A DNA stretch of 64,000 bases, taken from positions 1-64,000 of IMG/VR virus record IMGVR_UViG_3300049215_000771. One strand, written 5' to 3'. Made by a program: the position numbers and the translations under genes. Below, one piece after another: positions 1 through 8,819 of the stretch. Each line of letters starts with the position of its first letter. Positions within the stretch are counted from its first letter, which is position 1. The notes under the pieces are model-generated. The model was not told the origin of the DNA, searched no databases, and saw nothing but the letters and a program-made list of their open reading frames with translations.

Positions 1-159
1 TCAAAAGACAAAGAAAAGCACCTGGCGAATGCCGTTAGAAGTGGCTGGTCCAGGGAGAAAATACTGGCCGAAGTTGCCAAGTGCGTATGCGTGTGTGCGA
101 ATTGCCATCGTAAACGGCACTGGAACGGCAAGCGGCTCGTGTTTAGGAGCGTGGTGTAA
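1..159 (+). CDS. HNH-type endonuclease, C-terminal part (5' end outside window)
   Basis: Frame 1 reads ...EKILAEVAKCVCVCANCHRKRH..., typical end of small phage HNH nucleases; stop lies inside tRNA-Trp. Confidence 0.6.
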   Translation, partial: SKDKEKHLANAVRSGWSREKILAEVAKCVCVCANCHRKRHWNGKRLVFRSVV

Positions 160-215
160 TGGTAACATTTCAGTCTCCAAAACTGACGTTCTCGGTTCGA
201 GTCCGAGCGCTCCTG
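145..215 (+). tRNA. tRNA-Trp(CCA)
   Basis: Cloverleaf; anticodon arm TCAGT-CTCCAAA-ACTGA; GGTTCGAGTCC T-arm. Confidence 0.92.
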
Positions 216-227
216 CTGTGATTGCTG

Positions 228-256
228 TTTACAAAACCCGATTTCCGTAGTAATAT
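228..256 (+). promoter_or_regulatory. sigma70-type promoter
   Basis: TTTACA-N17-TAATAT, same spacing as 9 other copies in the window. Confidence 0.6.
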
Positions 257-283
257 CTGAAGCCAACCCTGGAGGGCATAGAT

Positions 284-493
284 ATGACTAAAACAGAAAG
301 GGCCGCTATCGAACGAGTGAATCCAGAAGCAAGATACCGTCGATGCCTGGGACACTGGTGCGGTCACAAGGAATTTTTTAGCACAAGTGCAGCGAATCGC
401 TTCTGCCCCAAATGCGAGGCGAAGAAAAACCAGATTGCTCAATCGTCATCGGGCATTCGTATTGTGGGCGGCGGCGATAATTGGGAAGGATAA
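284..493 (+). CDS. small Cys-rich (Zn-finger-like) hypothetical protein
   Basis: CLGHWC...CPKC; GGAGG RBS upstream. Confidence 0.6.
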   Translation: MTKTERAAIERVNPEARYRRCLGHWCGHKEFFSTSAANRFCPKCEAKKNQIAQSSSGIRIVGGGDNWEG

Positions 494-495
494 AT

Positions 496-714
496 ATGCG
501 GACTGAGATGACTTCGGAAGAATTGTCCTTGGCGGAAGTGTTGAAGCCGTTGCTTTCCAAAGGAAAGTCACAAGCCAAGGTCAAGTTGACGGTGAATTTT
601 ACAAGTGGCGTCAACGGCGGCATTCTGGTCAAGGTCGAGGAAGATGGTAGCGAAGCGAAGCATCTGGCGTTTCCTTGGCGATCTGTGGCTCAATCTTTGA
701 CGCAGGGTATGTAA
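496..714 (+). CDS. hypothetical protein
   Basis: ORF packed between previous gene and tRNA-Gly. Confidence 0.55.
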   Translation: MRTEMTSEELSLAEVLKPLLSKGKSQAKVKLTVNFTSGVNGGILVKVEEDGSEAKHLAFPWRSVAQSLTQGM

Positions 715-787
715 GCGGGTGTAGCTCAGTGGCTAGAGCGCCACGTTGCCAACGTGGATGTCGTGGGTTCAAATCCCATCACCCGCT
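715..787 (+). tRNA. tRNA-Gly(GCC)
   Basis: Cloverleaf; CCACG-TTGCCAA-CGTGG. Confidence 0.93.
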
Positions 788-797
788 CTGTAGGTTT

Positions 798-868
798 GCG
801 GGCATGATGTAGCGGTAGCCTACCTGCTTGCCATGCAGGAAGTCCGGGTTCGACTCCCGGTGCCCGCT
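798..868 (+). tRNA. tRNA-Gly(GCC), second variant
   Basis: Cloverleaf; CCTGC-TTGCCAT-GCAGG. Confidence 0.88.
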
Positions 869-870
869 CT

Positions 871-995
871 GTGGGGATAGTGTAACGGCAGCACGGGAAA
901 AACAGTCTCAGCGCCAATTTGTCCTACGGGAATGCTTAGTTGGGATTACATTCCATTCGGAGGACCAAGTGTAGGTTCAACTCCTACTCCCCACA
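871..995 (+). ncRNA. tRNA-scaffolded Y-RNA-like chimera, copy 1
   Basis: Acceptor GTGGGGA/TCCCCAC, D arm, T arm GTAGG-TTCAACT-CCTAC; anticodon arm replaced by AGTCTCAGCGCCAATTTG-TCC-TACG-GGA-ATGCTTAGTTGGGATTACAT. Confidence 0.75.
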
Positions 996-1018
996 CTTAC
1001 AAGAAAGGAAAGTGAAAT

Positions 1019-1450
1019 GTGAACGGGAAGAAGGCGAGTGTCAAACACCGCATCGAAACCACTAAGATCGCTGGACTCCCCTCGCCGATCAACCCCGTCC
1101 GCCAACATCGCCATCGTGGATCGAGCAAAGGTGGTGAAGGTTTGGAAAGAGCCAGGGCCAAGAAACGCAGGGATAAGATGAAGGAACTGGCGAGGTCTGA
1201 ATTCGCCTATACGGTCAAGGTGAAACTTCCCTACATGGGAATGGAAGACCCCCAAGAAGTTGTCGGCCATATCAACGAGATGGCTTGCCGGCTTCGCTTC
1301 ATTACTCACGAAGATCGTCGAGGGCGTTCTGTGATGGTGAGGGCCGAAATGACAGATGCTCGTGAAGTGTGGGCCAGGGTCGTCCCATCGGGTATGCTGC
1401 AAGGCCCGGAGAAATACTTGTGGGGCGGTTTGAACAGGGAAAAGTCTTGA
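1019..1450 (+). CDS. basic hypothetical protein
   Basis: 143 aa ORF, AAGGA RBS upstream. Confidence 0.55.
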   Translation: MNGKKASVKHRIETTKIAGLPSPINPVRQHRHRGSSKGGEGLERARAKKRRDKMKELARSEFAYTVKVKLPYMGMEDPQEVVGHINEMACRLRFITHEDRRGRSVMVRAEMTDAREVWARVVPSGMLQGPEKYLWGGLNREKS

Positions 1451-1507
1451 TGGTAAGACGCCGGCTTTGGAAGCTGGAGACTGCGGGTTCGACTCCCGCT
1501 TCCCTGA
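1435..1507 (+). tRNA. tRNA-Pro(TGG), atypical (A8)
   Basis: CAGGGAA/TTCCCTG acceptor; CCGGC-TTTGGAA-GCTGG. Confidence 0.8.
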
Positions 1508-1516
1508 CTGGCGTAT

Positions 1517-1591
1517 CGGGGTGTAGCTTAGTTTGGCTAAAGCGCATGGTTCGGGACCATGAGAGCGCAGGTTCGAGTCCTGTCACCCCGA
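1517..1591 (+). tRNA. tRNA-Pro(CGG)
   Basis: Cloverleaf; CATGG-TTCGGGA-CCATG. Confidence 0.93.
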
Positions 1592-1682
1592 CTCGGTTGT
1601 TGGCTTCAGTCTACGTCAGTAGTGCCTCCAACAATACAACAGATGAGGGCGGCTTTTTACCGGGATCATCTGACCGATTCTT

Positions 1683-1755
1683 CAGGGAGAAGTCTTGTTG
1701 GTAAGACGCCTCGTTCGGATCGAGGAGGGTGCGGGTTCAACTCCCGCCTCCCTGA
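1683..1755 (+). tRNA. tRNA-Pro(CGG), atypical (A8)
   Basis: CAGGGAG/CTCCCTG acceptor; CCTCG-TTCGGAT-CGAGG. Confidence 0.8.
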
Positions 1756-1785
1756 CTTGAAGCACCTGGCCTTGAGGGGTTAGTT

Positions 1786-2127
1786 ATGTCAGTGCTGGGC
1801 AAGGATGATAAAGGTCGAGTCTGGTTCAAGTCGGATTGGTATCTCTCCGACATCACTGAGGCAATCGACTTCAAGGTTACGAATGAAAGTTTCTTGTGGT
1901 CGAAGTGGTTCAAACTGGTAGCCACAGTGCCTTACAACAAGGAATTTCATGGCACGATGCGAAATTCCAACGGGTACGAGTATTCTCCCAAATACTACGA
2001 CCAAACCATCGGCTGGTACAAGTCGCTGCAACAGGCGTCGATGGCGCTGGAGAACTTGATGCCTTTGTTGGGGATTCATGAGATCAGCCCCATCGACGGT
2101 ATGCCTTACATGAGGAAGAATCAATAA
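1786..2127 (+). CDS. hypothetical protein
   Basis: 113 aa ORF with GAGGGG RBS, ends at next tRNA. Confidence 0.65.
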   Translation: MSVLGKDDKGRVWFKSDWYLSDITEAIDFKVTNESFLWSKWFKLVATVPYNKEFHGTMRNSNGYEYSPKYYDQTIGWYKSLQQASMALENLMPLLGIHEISPIDGMPYMRKNQ

Positions 2128-2202
2128 CAGGGTGTGGTCCAGCTTGGAGTGGACGCCAGGTCGGGAACCTGGAGATCGGTGGTTCAAATCCACCCACCCT
2201 GA
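2128..2202 (+). tRNA. tRNA-Pro(GGG), C33 variant
   Basis: CCAGG-TCGGGAA-CCTGG; T arm GGTGG-TTCAAAT-CCACC. Confidence 0.8.
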
Positions 2203-2209
2203 CTTGTAT

Positions 2210-2278
2210 TGCCGGGGTACTGGTGTACGGTTGTGGCTCTGAACCACGACTTGCGGGGTTCGACTCCCTGACCGGCAG
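2210..2278 (+). tRNA. tRNA-Gln(CTG), reduced D arm
   Basis: GTGG-CTCTGAA-CCAC; T loop TTCGACT. Confidence 0.7.
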
Positions 2279-2313
2279 CTTGCTTCGTAGGTGCGGGCTG
2301 GGACTCAAGGCGG

Positions 2314-3126
2314 TTGTGGAGTGAGGTCCAGTTCAGGAGCGGCCCGGATAAAATGGGGAAACCGGGACGAAGCAAATTTCAGGAGAGCGTCGTGTCCGAC
2401 AAGATTGGTTTTCCTGTCGGTTTGGCTGACGGCCTTATCAAAGAAGAAAAAGTCGCCCGCCGTCCCATCGTCGATTGGGACAAAGAAATTCCCGACATGG
2501 AAGAAGGTTGGGTCTACGCCCGACGTGGCAACAAGAAGGGAAAGCGACTTCGGAAGTTCCTTCAGCCAATGGCTGGTTACTACCGGGACGACAGCCCCCT
2601 CATCTGGATGCCAAGGGTCAACGATCTCGTGACTGCTGAGGCGAAGCGATGGAAGGCTTTGGAATACAGGGTCAGGGAGATCACACCACTGTTGAAAGTG
2701 TTTGAACTTGTTCGTGACAACGCCCCATTCTGCTGTGTCCATATCACGGACCACTGGCCGGAATGTACCTGGGTGAAATTCCCCCGTACCAGCGACGGTT
2801 CCTACGGCAACAGCATTGGTGTCTCATGGGATTGGGTGAAGGGCAAGGAAAAGCCCAACTTGCCACAAAAGCAAGATATTGGAGATGCCTGGTTCGCCTA
2901 TGAAAGCCGTTCGAGCGAAGTCAGGCGACGTGTTGGTTTGTTCGAGTCGTTGTTCCAGATGGCGCTGGAGAAACGATACGCCGATGAATTCTACAGACAC
3001 AGGGACCGCACGTTTCTTCGGAACCTGGTCATCAATGGGCGAACCTATCTTGTCGGCAGGAAGGAAGGCGGCGGATTTGGTGTCATCGCCTATCCAGAAG
3101 ACATCATTACGGAAGTCGTGAAATGA
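2314..3126 (+). CDS. hypothetical protein
   Basis: 270 aa ORF; start may be ATG 2353. Confidence 0.65.
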   Translation: MWSEVQFRSGPDKMGKPGRSKFQESVVSDKIGFPVGLADGLIKEEKVARRPIVDWDKEIPDMEEGWVYARRGNKKGKRLRKFLQPMAGYYRDDSPLIWMPRVNDLVTAEAKRWKALEYRVREITPLLKVFELVRDNAPFCCVHITDHWPECTWVKFPRTSDGSYGNSIGVSWDWVKGKEKPNLPQKQDIGDAWFAYESRSSEVRRRVGLFESLFQMALEKRYADEFYRHRDRTFLRNLVINGRTYLVGRKEGGGFGVIAYPEDIITEVVK

Positions 3127-3386
3127 TTATCGCTGGCGGTCGTTACAGAAGTGGTACTCGATACGCCCGTGAAGTAACATCCAAACACGAGCCGTTGCTC
3201 GAACAGTTGGGATGGAAGTTGAAAGATGGTGTGTGGCAAACGGACGATCAGAAGGTGGTGGATGAAACCTTGTCCAAAGGCATCTATTGCAGCCGGACGC
3301 ACTTGTTTTTCTTCTCCAGGGAGTATGTACAGAAAGCACTTCCCAACAGATGGAAGGTTGGACTCAACGAAATTCTCGGTCCATAG
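3123..3386 (+). CDS. hypothetical protein
   Basis: ATGA overlap with upstream gene. Confidence 0.55.
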   Translation: MIIAGGRYRSGTRYAREVTSKHEPLLEQLGWKLKDGVWQTDDQKVVDETLSKGIYCSRTHLFFFSREYVQKALPNRWKVGLNEILGP

Positions 3387-3449
3387 CTCAGTTGGCAGAG
3401 CATCACCCTGATAAGGTGGGGGTCGGTGGTTCAAGTCCACCTGGACCGA
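3377..3449 (+). tRNA. tRNA-Ile(GAT)
   Basis: Cloverleaf; TCACC-CTGATAA-GGTGG. Confidence 0.9.
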
Positions 3450-3474
3450 CTGGTAGTTGTTAGAGGCGTCCTCC

Positions 3475-3669
3475 AGTGTCCTGCGGGATAGACGCTTCGT
3501 AGCCAGGATGAGCGGCAGCTATCCGTCCATATGCCATGCGTATATGACGTTTCCAACCGTCACACCCTCCAGGTGCGGCACACGCCCCCTGTGGCGGTTG
3601 GGATTGGTTAGTCACGGAACAATCGCAAGGTCAAGGCCGTGCCAGGGTGACAAAACCCTGCTGGACACT
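3475..3669 (+). ncRNA. candidate structured ncRNA
   Basis: Closing stem AGTGTCC/GGACACT encloses GGATAG/CTATCC, TCCAACCGTCACA/TGTGGCGGTTGGGA, CACGG/CCGTG, CAGGGT/ACCCTG. Confidence 0.45.
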
Positions 3670-3721
3670 AACCGCTGGAAATATCTGAGACTTCTACTAT
3701 GATATGGTAGGAGTCTGCAAC

Positions 3722-4111
3722 ATGAACACCAGAGAGAAAGGCGAGTACGCCTGCATCAAGATTCAAGAGGAAGCACTTCTGCGGGGCTACATCATTAGTC
3801 GCCCGACGATGGAAGGTTCCCGATACGACATGATTCTGGACGATGGCGAGAAGCTACAGAAGGTCCAGGTCAAGTACGCAAATGCGGAAGGTGATGGAGT
3901 TACCTACGCAACGCTCTCAAAAAAGAGTGGCGGTAAAGCATACACCGCAAAGGAAGTGGACTTGTTGATGGTTTTCATCCCAAAACTCAACAAGATATGC
4001 GCCTTCGGCCCGGAGGTTTTTGCAGGTCGTACCAAACTATTCATCAGGTACGGCCCGCCGAGGAATGGGCAGAAGAAGGGATGTGTGAACGCTACGGATT
4101 ACTTCTGGTAA
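3722..4111 (+). CDS. PD-(D/E)XK endonuclease (group I intron/tRNA-associated family)
   Basis: KGEYA...RYDMILD...KVQVK...Y..KEVD..M pattern. Confidence 0.8.
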   Translation: MNTREKGEYACIKIQEEALLRGYIISRPTMEGSRYDMILDDGEKLQKVQVKYANAEGDGVTYATLSKKSGGKAYTAKEVDLLMVFIPKLNKICAFGPEVFAGRTKLFIRYGPPRNGQKKGCVNATDYFW

Positions 4112-4112
4112 T

Positions 4113-4187
4113 CGGGGTGTAGTTCAGCTTGGCTAGAACGCATGGCTGGGGGCCATGAAGTCGCAGGTTCAAATCCTGTCACCCCGA
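4113..4187 (+). tRNA. tRNA-Pro(GGG)
   Basis: Cloverleaf; CATGG-CTGGGGG-CCATG. Confidence 0.92.
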
Positions 4188-4200
4188 CTGTAGGGCTGAG

Positions 4201-4866
4201 ATGATGAAGAAGTGGAAGAAAAAGAAACAAAAGCAGAAGCAACACAAACAGCCCAAACGCCCTGCGGGATTTCACGAGGCTCTTGAAGGCCCGATGTATG
4301 TCCTGTACTTCGACGGCATGTGTTCTCCGGTGAACCCGCAAGGAATTTGCATCGGTTCATTCATCTTGTACGACACCCACGGCATCCAGGTGGGAAAAGG
4401 AAGAGAACTCATTTGTAGGGAGACGAACGAAGCTACGAACAATACTGGCGAGTGGGCAGCGCTGGTCCTGGGACTGCGATTTGCAAAAGACCTGGGTGTG
4501 AAGCGATTGGAAATTAACGGCGACTCGCAGATCGTTCTCGGTTCTCTCACAACCTTCAAGCGGCCTGCGGTTCACTTGCAGAAATGGAAAGACGAGGCTC
4601 ATTCCTTCTTGAGTGAGATCGAGTGGACTGCGAATCACATTCCGAGGGAGGATAACGCCGAAGCCGACGCCTTGGGCAACGAGTTGTACGAACAGATCAT
4701 TGTCTCTGAACCATTCGATGAGTCGAAGCTGGGAGACAATCACTGGTACAACAAACCTCCTACGGATAAGCAGCTTGCTTACCTGAAAAGGCTCGGATAC
4801 GATGGGGAGCCTCCGACAACAGGCAAGGAGGCGTCCGACCTGATTGGTAGTCTGAGATCAGCCTGA
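4201..4866 (+). CDS. rnhA: ribonuclease HI-like protein with C-terminal extra domain
   Basis: LYFDG...ATNNTGEW.AL..GL...GDSQIV...HIPREDNAEADAL; C-terminal PPTDKQLAYLKRLG domain. Confidence 0.85.
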   Translation: MMKKWKKKKQKQKQHKQPKRPAGFHEALEGPMYVLYFDGMCSPVNPQGICIGSFILYDTHGIQVGKGRELICRETNEATNNTGEWAALVLGLRFAKDLGVKRLEINGDSQIVLGSLTTFKRPAVHLQKWKDEAHSFLSEIEWTANHIPREDNAEADALGNELYEQIIVSEPFDESKLGDNHWYNKPPTDKQLAYLKRLGYDGEPPTTGKEASDLIGSLRSA

Positions 4867-4871
4867 CTAAT

Positions 4872-4970
4872 GCCGGCGAAGCCCGATTGGTAGGGCATCT
4901 TCTCTTCGCTATTTGTCCTTCGGGAATGATTGAAGGGATTACATTGTAGGTTCGACTCCTATCGCCGGCT
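4872..4970 (+). ncRNA. tRNA-scaffolded Y-RNA-like chimera, copy 2 (minimal)
   Basis: GCCGGCG/CGCCGGC acceptor, D and T arms; insert TCTCTTCG-CTATTTG-TCC-TTCG-GGA-ATGAT-TGAAGGGA-TTACAT. Confidence 0.72.
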
Positions 4971-4995
4971 CTCGCCTCACAGGAGAAAGTAGAGA

Positions 4996-5241
4996 ATGGA
5001 ATTTACCAACGATGAACTCATCGTCCTGCGACAACTGTTCCAGAAATGGGAACTGACCAACGGGCGCACGGTCGAAGAAGAAATTCTCAACATCGACTCG
5101 GCTCCCTATGTCGTGGGGTTCAAACCGGAGCCTGGTCAACATAGGCTGCCACGATCTGAGTGGGCAGAATTCGTCAAGAAACTGAAAGAAATCGTCAGGC
5201 CGACTGCCGAGCATCATTACGACATCGGCGGCGAGGGATAG
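4996..5241 (+). CDS. hypothetical protein
   Basis: AGGAG RBS. Confidence 0.6.
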   Translation: MEFTNDELIVLRQLFQKWELTNGRTVEEEILNIDSAPYVVGFKPEPGQHRLPRSEWAEFVKKLKEIVRPTAEHHYDIGGEG

Positions 5242-5243
5242 AT

Positions 5244-5318
5244 TCCGGGGCTGGGGTTGCTGGTAATCCCGTCTGCCTTTGAAGCAGAACTGCGAAGGTT
5301 CGATTCCTTCCCCCGGAG
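5244..5318 (+). tRNA. tRNA-Gln(TTG)
   Basis: TCTGC-CTTTGAA-GCAGA; TCCGGGG/CCCCGGA acceptor. Confidence 0.8.
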
Positions 5319-5450
5319 CTAAGAAGTTCCGAACCGGAATTGAACACGGCGGTCTTCTGTGTAGAATGTAAATCGAGGCCAACTGGTTTCCGACGTGGAA
5401 GTGGCTGTTGTCGAATAGTTTCGCAACACTTTTCACAAAGGAGAACGCAG

Positions 5451-5825
5451 ATGGTTGAGATTTACAATGTTGGAACGGATGTGCCTTACGACCTGCCGGA
5501 TCAGGATGATCGGTTTGAGTGGCTGGTGTACTGGTACGAGGATGGAGGTTACGACGGCAACGGGGAATGTGTCGGCTACAACAAGGAAGATGGTATGCTG
5601 TACACGAAGAACCTGGGCCACTGCTCGTGTTATGGACCGTTCGACGGTTGGGGAACTGACTGCACGAAAGTCACGCCGCACGAGTTCTTCCGGGAAAAGG
5701 ACTCGATCTTCGATCCTGATAACATGGATGTCATCAAGAAGAAGGTCGCAGAACTGATCCCTTGGGCCGTCCCTTCGGGGCCGGTCTTCAAGGATAAGTT
5801 CAACTTGCTCGGAGAAGCGAAGTAA
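5451..5825 (+). CDS. hypothetical phage protein (HCSCYGP motif)
   Basis: AAGGAG RBS; acidic/aromatic phage-type ORF. Confidence 0.7.
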   Translation: MVEIYNVGTDVPYDLPDQDDRFEWLVYWYEDGGYDGNGECVGYNKEDGMLYTKNLGHCSCYGPFDGWGTDCTKVTPHEFFREKDSIFDPDNMDVIKKKVAELIPWAVPSGPVFKDKFNLLGEAK

Positions 5826-5930
5826 CGATTCGGCGGTCCTAGACTGGCGTGGAAGTGGCCCTTCGGGGCCACGCCACACGATTCGGCGGTCCTAGACTGG
5901 CGTGGAAGTGGCCCTTCGGGGCCACGCCAC
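5825..5930 (+). repeat. perfect 2 x 53-bp tandem repeat with a TTCG hairpin
   Basis: ACGATTCGGCGGTCCTAGACTGGCGTGGAAGTGGCCCTTCGGGGCCACGCCAC twice. Confidence 0.9.
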
Positions 5931-5984
5931 AAATCCTACGGGTTATTCTAGGTTACACCCGTAGCTGTTTTGCGAGACATCAAC

Positions 5985-6221
5985 ATGATGAACGGGCCGG
6001 ATTACAGCGACAACTGCCCCGATTGTGGGGAACCGCTGGCAGTACACCGGGGAGTGGTCCCCCTGACTGCTACAAGGTACTGTGCGAGTTGTAACTGGTG
6101 CGAAGTCACTGACGGCGACCGCCAGGCCAACGCCAGGGAAGATTGGTACGTTCGGAATGTGCGAAACAGGGAAGACAACAAGATCGTCATGGATGAAGAC
6201 GATGAATATGATGGTGGGTAG
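5985..6221 (+). CDS. Zn-ribbon hypothetical protein
   Basis: CPDC...CASC. Confidence 0.55.
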   Translation: MMNGPDYSDNCPDCGEPLAVHRGVVPLTATRYCASCNWCEVTDGDRQANAREDWYVRNVRNREDNKIVMDEDDEYDGG

Positions 6222-6336
6222 CTCAGTGGTAGAGCGACGTAAAAAGTCTCAGCGCCAATTTGTCCTTCGGGAATGCTTAGTTGGGATTACATGCCATTTA
6301 AGCCGTAGGTCGCAGGTTCAACTCCTGCCCCACCAG
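6212..6336 (+). ncRNA. tRNA-scaffolded Y-RNA-like chimera, copy 3
   Basis: TGGTGGG/CCCACCA acceptor, TAGCTCAGTGGTAGAGC D arm, GCAGG-TTCAACT-CCTGC T arm; same ~50-nt core as copy 1. Confidence 0.75.
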
Positions 6337-6338
6337 CT

Positions 6339-6875
6339 ATGACAAACATGCTTGATGCACACGACACACACTGCTGTCTGGAACACGGTTGCAAGTACGG
6401 CGATGAAGATTGCCCGGTTGCAACAGGTGTTAGGAAACAACAAGGGCTGTGCGAACAATGTGGCCTCGAAACTGAAGGCTACTACGGCGCAGCCGAGCGG
6501 ACCCGTGAAGAACAAGAAGCCTACTTGAATTTCTTGTGGGAAGACATGCACTTCCGTCCCGCTCGCCAGGTCGAGAAGGTTCACTGCCTGGTCTGCGACA
6601 AGGAACTGGAGTACGAGCCAGGACCAAATCACACCGGCAACGTAATGGACGCCGGCTTCATGTTGGTAAGTTTCCATTACGGCAGCCGACACGACCAGTG
6701 CCACGGCTACCACGGCAGGAAGACGATGAGGGGGAAAGACAACCCCATGCACGATCTCCTGGCGTGTGATGAGATCGAAGCCTTCATCTGTGACGATTGC
6801 TTCGAGAAGAAGTTCAACAAGATGAAGGGCTACGACATCCGACAGGAACGGACGAGAACGAAAAAGTTCAACTAA
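6339..6875 (+). CDS. Cys/His-rich hypothetical protein
   Basis: HCCLEHGCKYG.EDCPV and further CxxC pairs. Confidence 0.7.
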   Translation: MTNMLDAHDTHCCLEHGCKYGDEDCPVATGVRKQQGLCEQCGLETEGYYGAAERTREEQEAYLNFLWEDMHFRPARQVEKVHCLVCDKELEYEPGPNHTGNVMDAGFMLVSFHYGSRHDQCHGYHGRKTMRGKDNPMHDLLACDEIEAFICDDCFEKKFNKMKGYDIRQERTRTKKFN

Positions 6876-6882
6876 CAACATT

Positions 6883-6959
6883 CAGGGATTAGCTCAGTTT
6901 GGTTTCAGAGCGCCTGCCTTGGGAGCAGGAGGTCGGAGGTTCAAATCCTCTATCCCTGA
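6883..6959 (+). tRNA. tRNA-Pro(TGG)
   Basis: Cloverleaf; CCTGC-CTTGGGA-GCAGG. Confidence 0.92.
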
Positions 6960-6976
6960 CTACGGAGGGTCGCCCC

Positions 6977-7468
6977 ATGAAGAAGACAAAGAAGGACAAG
7001 TTGAAGGTCGGCTGGACCGACAAGTGGACAGGAGAGAAGAAGGTGGAACCAACCACTCTCTACCTCGACTACCACGAGTCCCGGAGCGGCGGTGAAATCT
7101 GCGAGGGCCAGGAGAACGATCCGTGGCCGAGCCACGAAGATGAGTTTACCGAATGGTCCCCGAACCGCCTGCACAAGACTGGCGATAAGGCTCAGTGGCA
7201 GCGGGAAGCAATTCAGGTTGACTTCGACCCGCTTGTTGGCCAAGATGTATGGCTGGTGGTTGTTCGGTACTACACTGGTTGTACCTTCGGGCGCACCTGT
7301 GGATGCTGGAGCATCATCGGCGTGTACGAACACCAAGGCCAGGCTGAGAAGGTCCGGGCCGGTATCAACGACGACAGCTTCATGCCGTCCTGCGGCTACA
7401 AGTGTTGGATCGGATATTTCGAGGGACTGGAAGACGTGGAGGTTCACCGCATGACGGTGGAAGCGTGA
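6977..7468 (+). CDS. hypothetical phage protein
   Basis: GGAGG RBS; V.Y.TG.TFG...W.GYFE motif common in phage ORFs. Confidence 0.7.
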   Translation: MKKTKKDKLKVGWTDKWTGEKKVEPTTLYLDYHESRSGGEICEGQENDPWPSHEDEFTEWSPNRLHKTGDKAQWQREAIQVDFDPLVGQDVWLVVVRYYTGCTFGRTCGCWSIIGVYEHQGQAEKVRAGINDDSFMPSCGYKCWIGYFEGLEDVEVHRMTVEA

Positions 7469-7872
7469 TGGGACGAGAAAACCAACTCGAAATCCTTCGA
7501 GAAACTATGCTCAGGGTAGCGGCGGCGGAAACGTCCTGCTATCCTGAAGTATATGATAAAGAAAAATCTCCACTCGACGGGCACTGCGGCGCTGTGTCAG
7601 CGATGGTACAAGGCGTATTTGGTGGTGATATTGTGACCGGCAAGGTCAACGGCGTCACCCACTACTGGAATCGGTTCGATGACGGCGTAGAAGTCGATCT
7701 CACATCATGTCAGTTTGGCGGTGATGGATATACACCACTGAAGAAAGGCCGGAAGGTCAAGCCCAGGACCGGGCCGCTTCCTTTGCGATTTATTGTGTTC
7801 GCTGATAAGGTAAATAAAGCCTTGTCGAAGCCGGTCAGGAAGATGCACAAAAAGCAAGAAGGTCGAGAGTAA
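7468..7872 (+). CDS. YunG-like (papain/transglutaminase-fold) protein
   Basis: GHCGAVSAMVQ..FGGDI....HYWNR....EVDLT..QF. Confidence 0.65.
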   Translation: MGRENQLEILRETMLRVAAAETSCYPEVYDKEKSPLDGHCGAVSAMVQGVFGGDIVTGKVNGVTHYWNRFDDGVEVDLTSCQFGGDGYTPLKKGRKVKPRTGPLPLRFIVFADKVNKALSKPVRKMHKKQEGRE

Positions 7873-7946
7873 GGGGGCGTAGCTCAACTGGTTAGAGCGC
7901 CAGCCTGTCACGCTGGAGGTTGCGGGTTCGAGTCCCGTCGCTCTCG
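7873..7946 (+). tRNA. tRNA-Asp(GTC)
   Basis: Cloverleaf; CCAGC-CTGTCAC-GCTGG. Confidence 0.93.
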
Positions 7947-7960
7947 CTCCGTTTCTTTGC

Positions 7961-7989
7961 TTTACAATCCCAAAGTAACGTGGTATCAT
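7961..7989 (+). promoter_or_regulatory. sigma70-type promoter
   Basis: TTTACA-N17-TATCAT. Confidence 0.55.
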
Positions 7990-8063
7990 GGGGTCATAGC
8001 TCAATTTGGGAGAGCGCCTGCCTTGCACGCAGGAGGTTACGAGTTCGAGTCTCGTTGGCTCCA
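7990..8063 (+). tRNA. tRNA-Ala(TGC)
   Basis: Cloverleaf with G3:U70; CCTGC-CTTGCAC-GCAGG. Confidence 0.93.
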
Positions 8064-8065
8064 CT

Positions 8066-8248
8066 ATGAAAGAAACAGCCGAACTCATTATCGAGCAGGC
8101 GAAGAAGATCGAGGCATATGAGGAAGCCTTGGCGACAATCTTGTTCAATGTCCTGCGAACCAATGATTCCTTCTTGAAGTTTTGCGTCAAGAACGAGATT
8201 GAGCGGGTGTGTCCCAGGGCTGTCGAAAAAGCGGAACAAATGCTGTGA
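8066..8248 (+). CDS. hypothetical protein
   Basis: Short helical ORF in the gene chain. Confidence 0.5.
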   Translation: MKETAELIIEQAKKIEAYEEALATILFNVLRTNDSFLKFCVKNEIERVCPRAVEKAEQML

Positions 8249-8520
8249 GACGACAACGCCGCCAACATCCTGATGGCTCGATCTGCGAGGAAGGCATTCG
8301 TAATGTCCCAAGGGGCTGGAAGCCTTGCTGCGAATCTCTCAAGTACCGTGTGAAAGCCTGCATCTACGATGTTCGCATTCAGTGGTTCAGCAAGGCGAAA
8401 TGTTGGGGCGTCCGACTGACGGACGGAACCAGCGCCTTCATCACGATTCACTACTGTCCATTCTGTGGGACGGCACTGGAGCCAGCCAGCACGGGGGACG
8501 GGAGAGGGATTGAGGTATGA
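8245..8520 (+). CDS. Cys-rich hypothetical protein
   Basis: CC...I.YCPFCG.L. Confidence 0.6.
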   Translation: MRRQRRQHPDGSICEEGIRNVPRGWKPCCESLKYRVKACIYDVRIQWFSKAKCWGVRLTDGTSAFITIHYCPFCGTALEPASTGDGRGIEV

Positions 8521-8819
8521 GCGACTTCAGCTACTTCAAAGGCTTCCCCAAACTTCCCAACCGGGACAAGGGCGATCTGCCGAACCTCCCGATTCGATGG
8601 CGGCTCTCGACGGACGCCTTCGGTGTTGATGCTGAAGATATTCCTCAGCAACAGGCCGAGAAGTTGTTGGAGCAAGCTGGTCTGAAGCATATGTTGGTTT
8701 TGGTGTTGCTCCAGGTTGGCGGTCGCCAAAGTGGAAGCATCAAAATCGACGATGACAAGACCAGGACCACGAAGTTTCTGCACTACGGCCCGAAGGAGAG
8801 AAAATGCTCGTCGGTGTAG
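8517..8819 (+). CDS. hypothetical protein
   Basis: ATGA coupling, GAGG RBS. Confidence 0.55.
   Translation: MSDFSYFKGFPKLPNRDKGDLPNLPIRWRLSTDAFGVDAEDIPQQQAEKLLEQAGLKHMLVLVLLQVGGRQSGSIKIDDDKTRTTKFLHYGPKERKCSSV

Noticed and set aside
871-995. Known self-cleaving ribozyme as identity of the repeated module
   Set aside because: No hammerhead CTGATGA/GAAA core or recognisable twister, pistol or HDV-like pattern; not excluded experimentally.
3450-4111. Group I intron around the PD-(D/E)XK nuclease
   Set aside because: Flanking tRNAs are both complete and no conserved intron core could be identified by eye.
5825-5930. CRISPR array
   Set aside because: Two abutting 53-bp units with no spacer, and no cas genes in the window.
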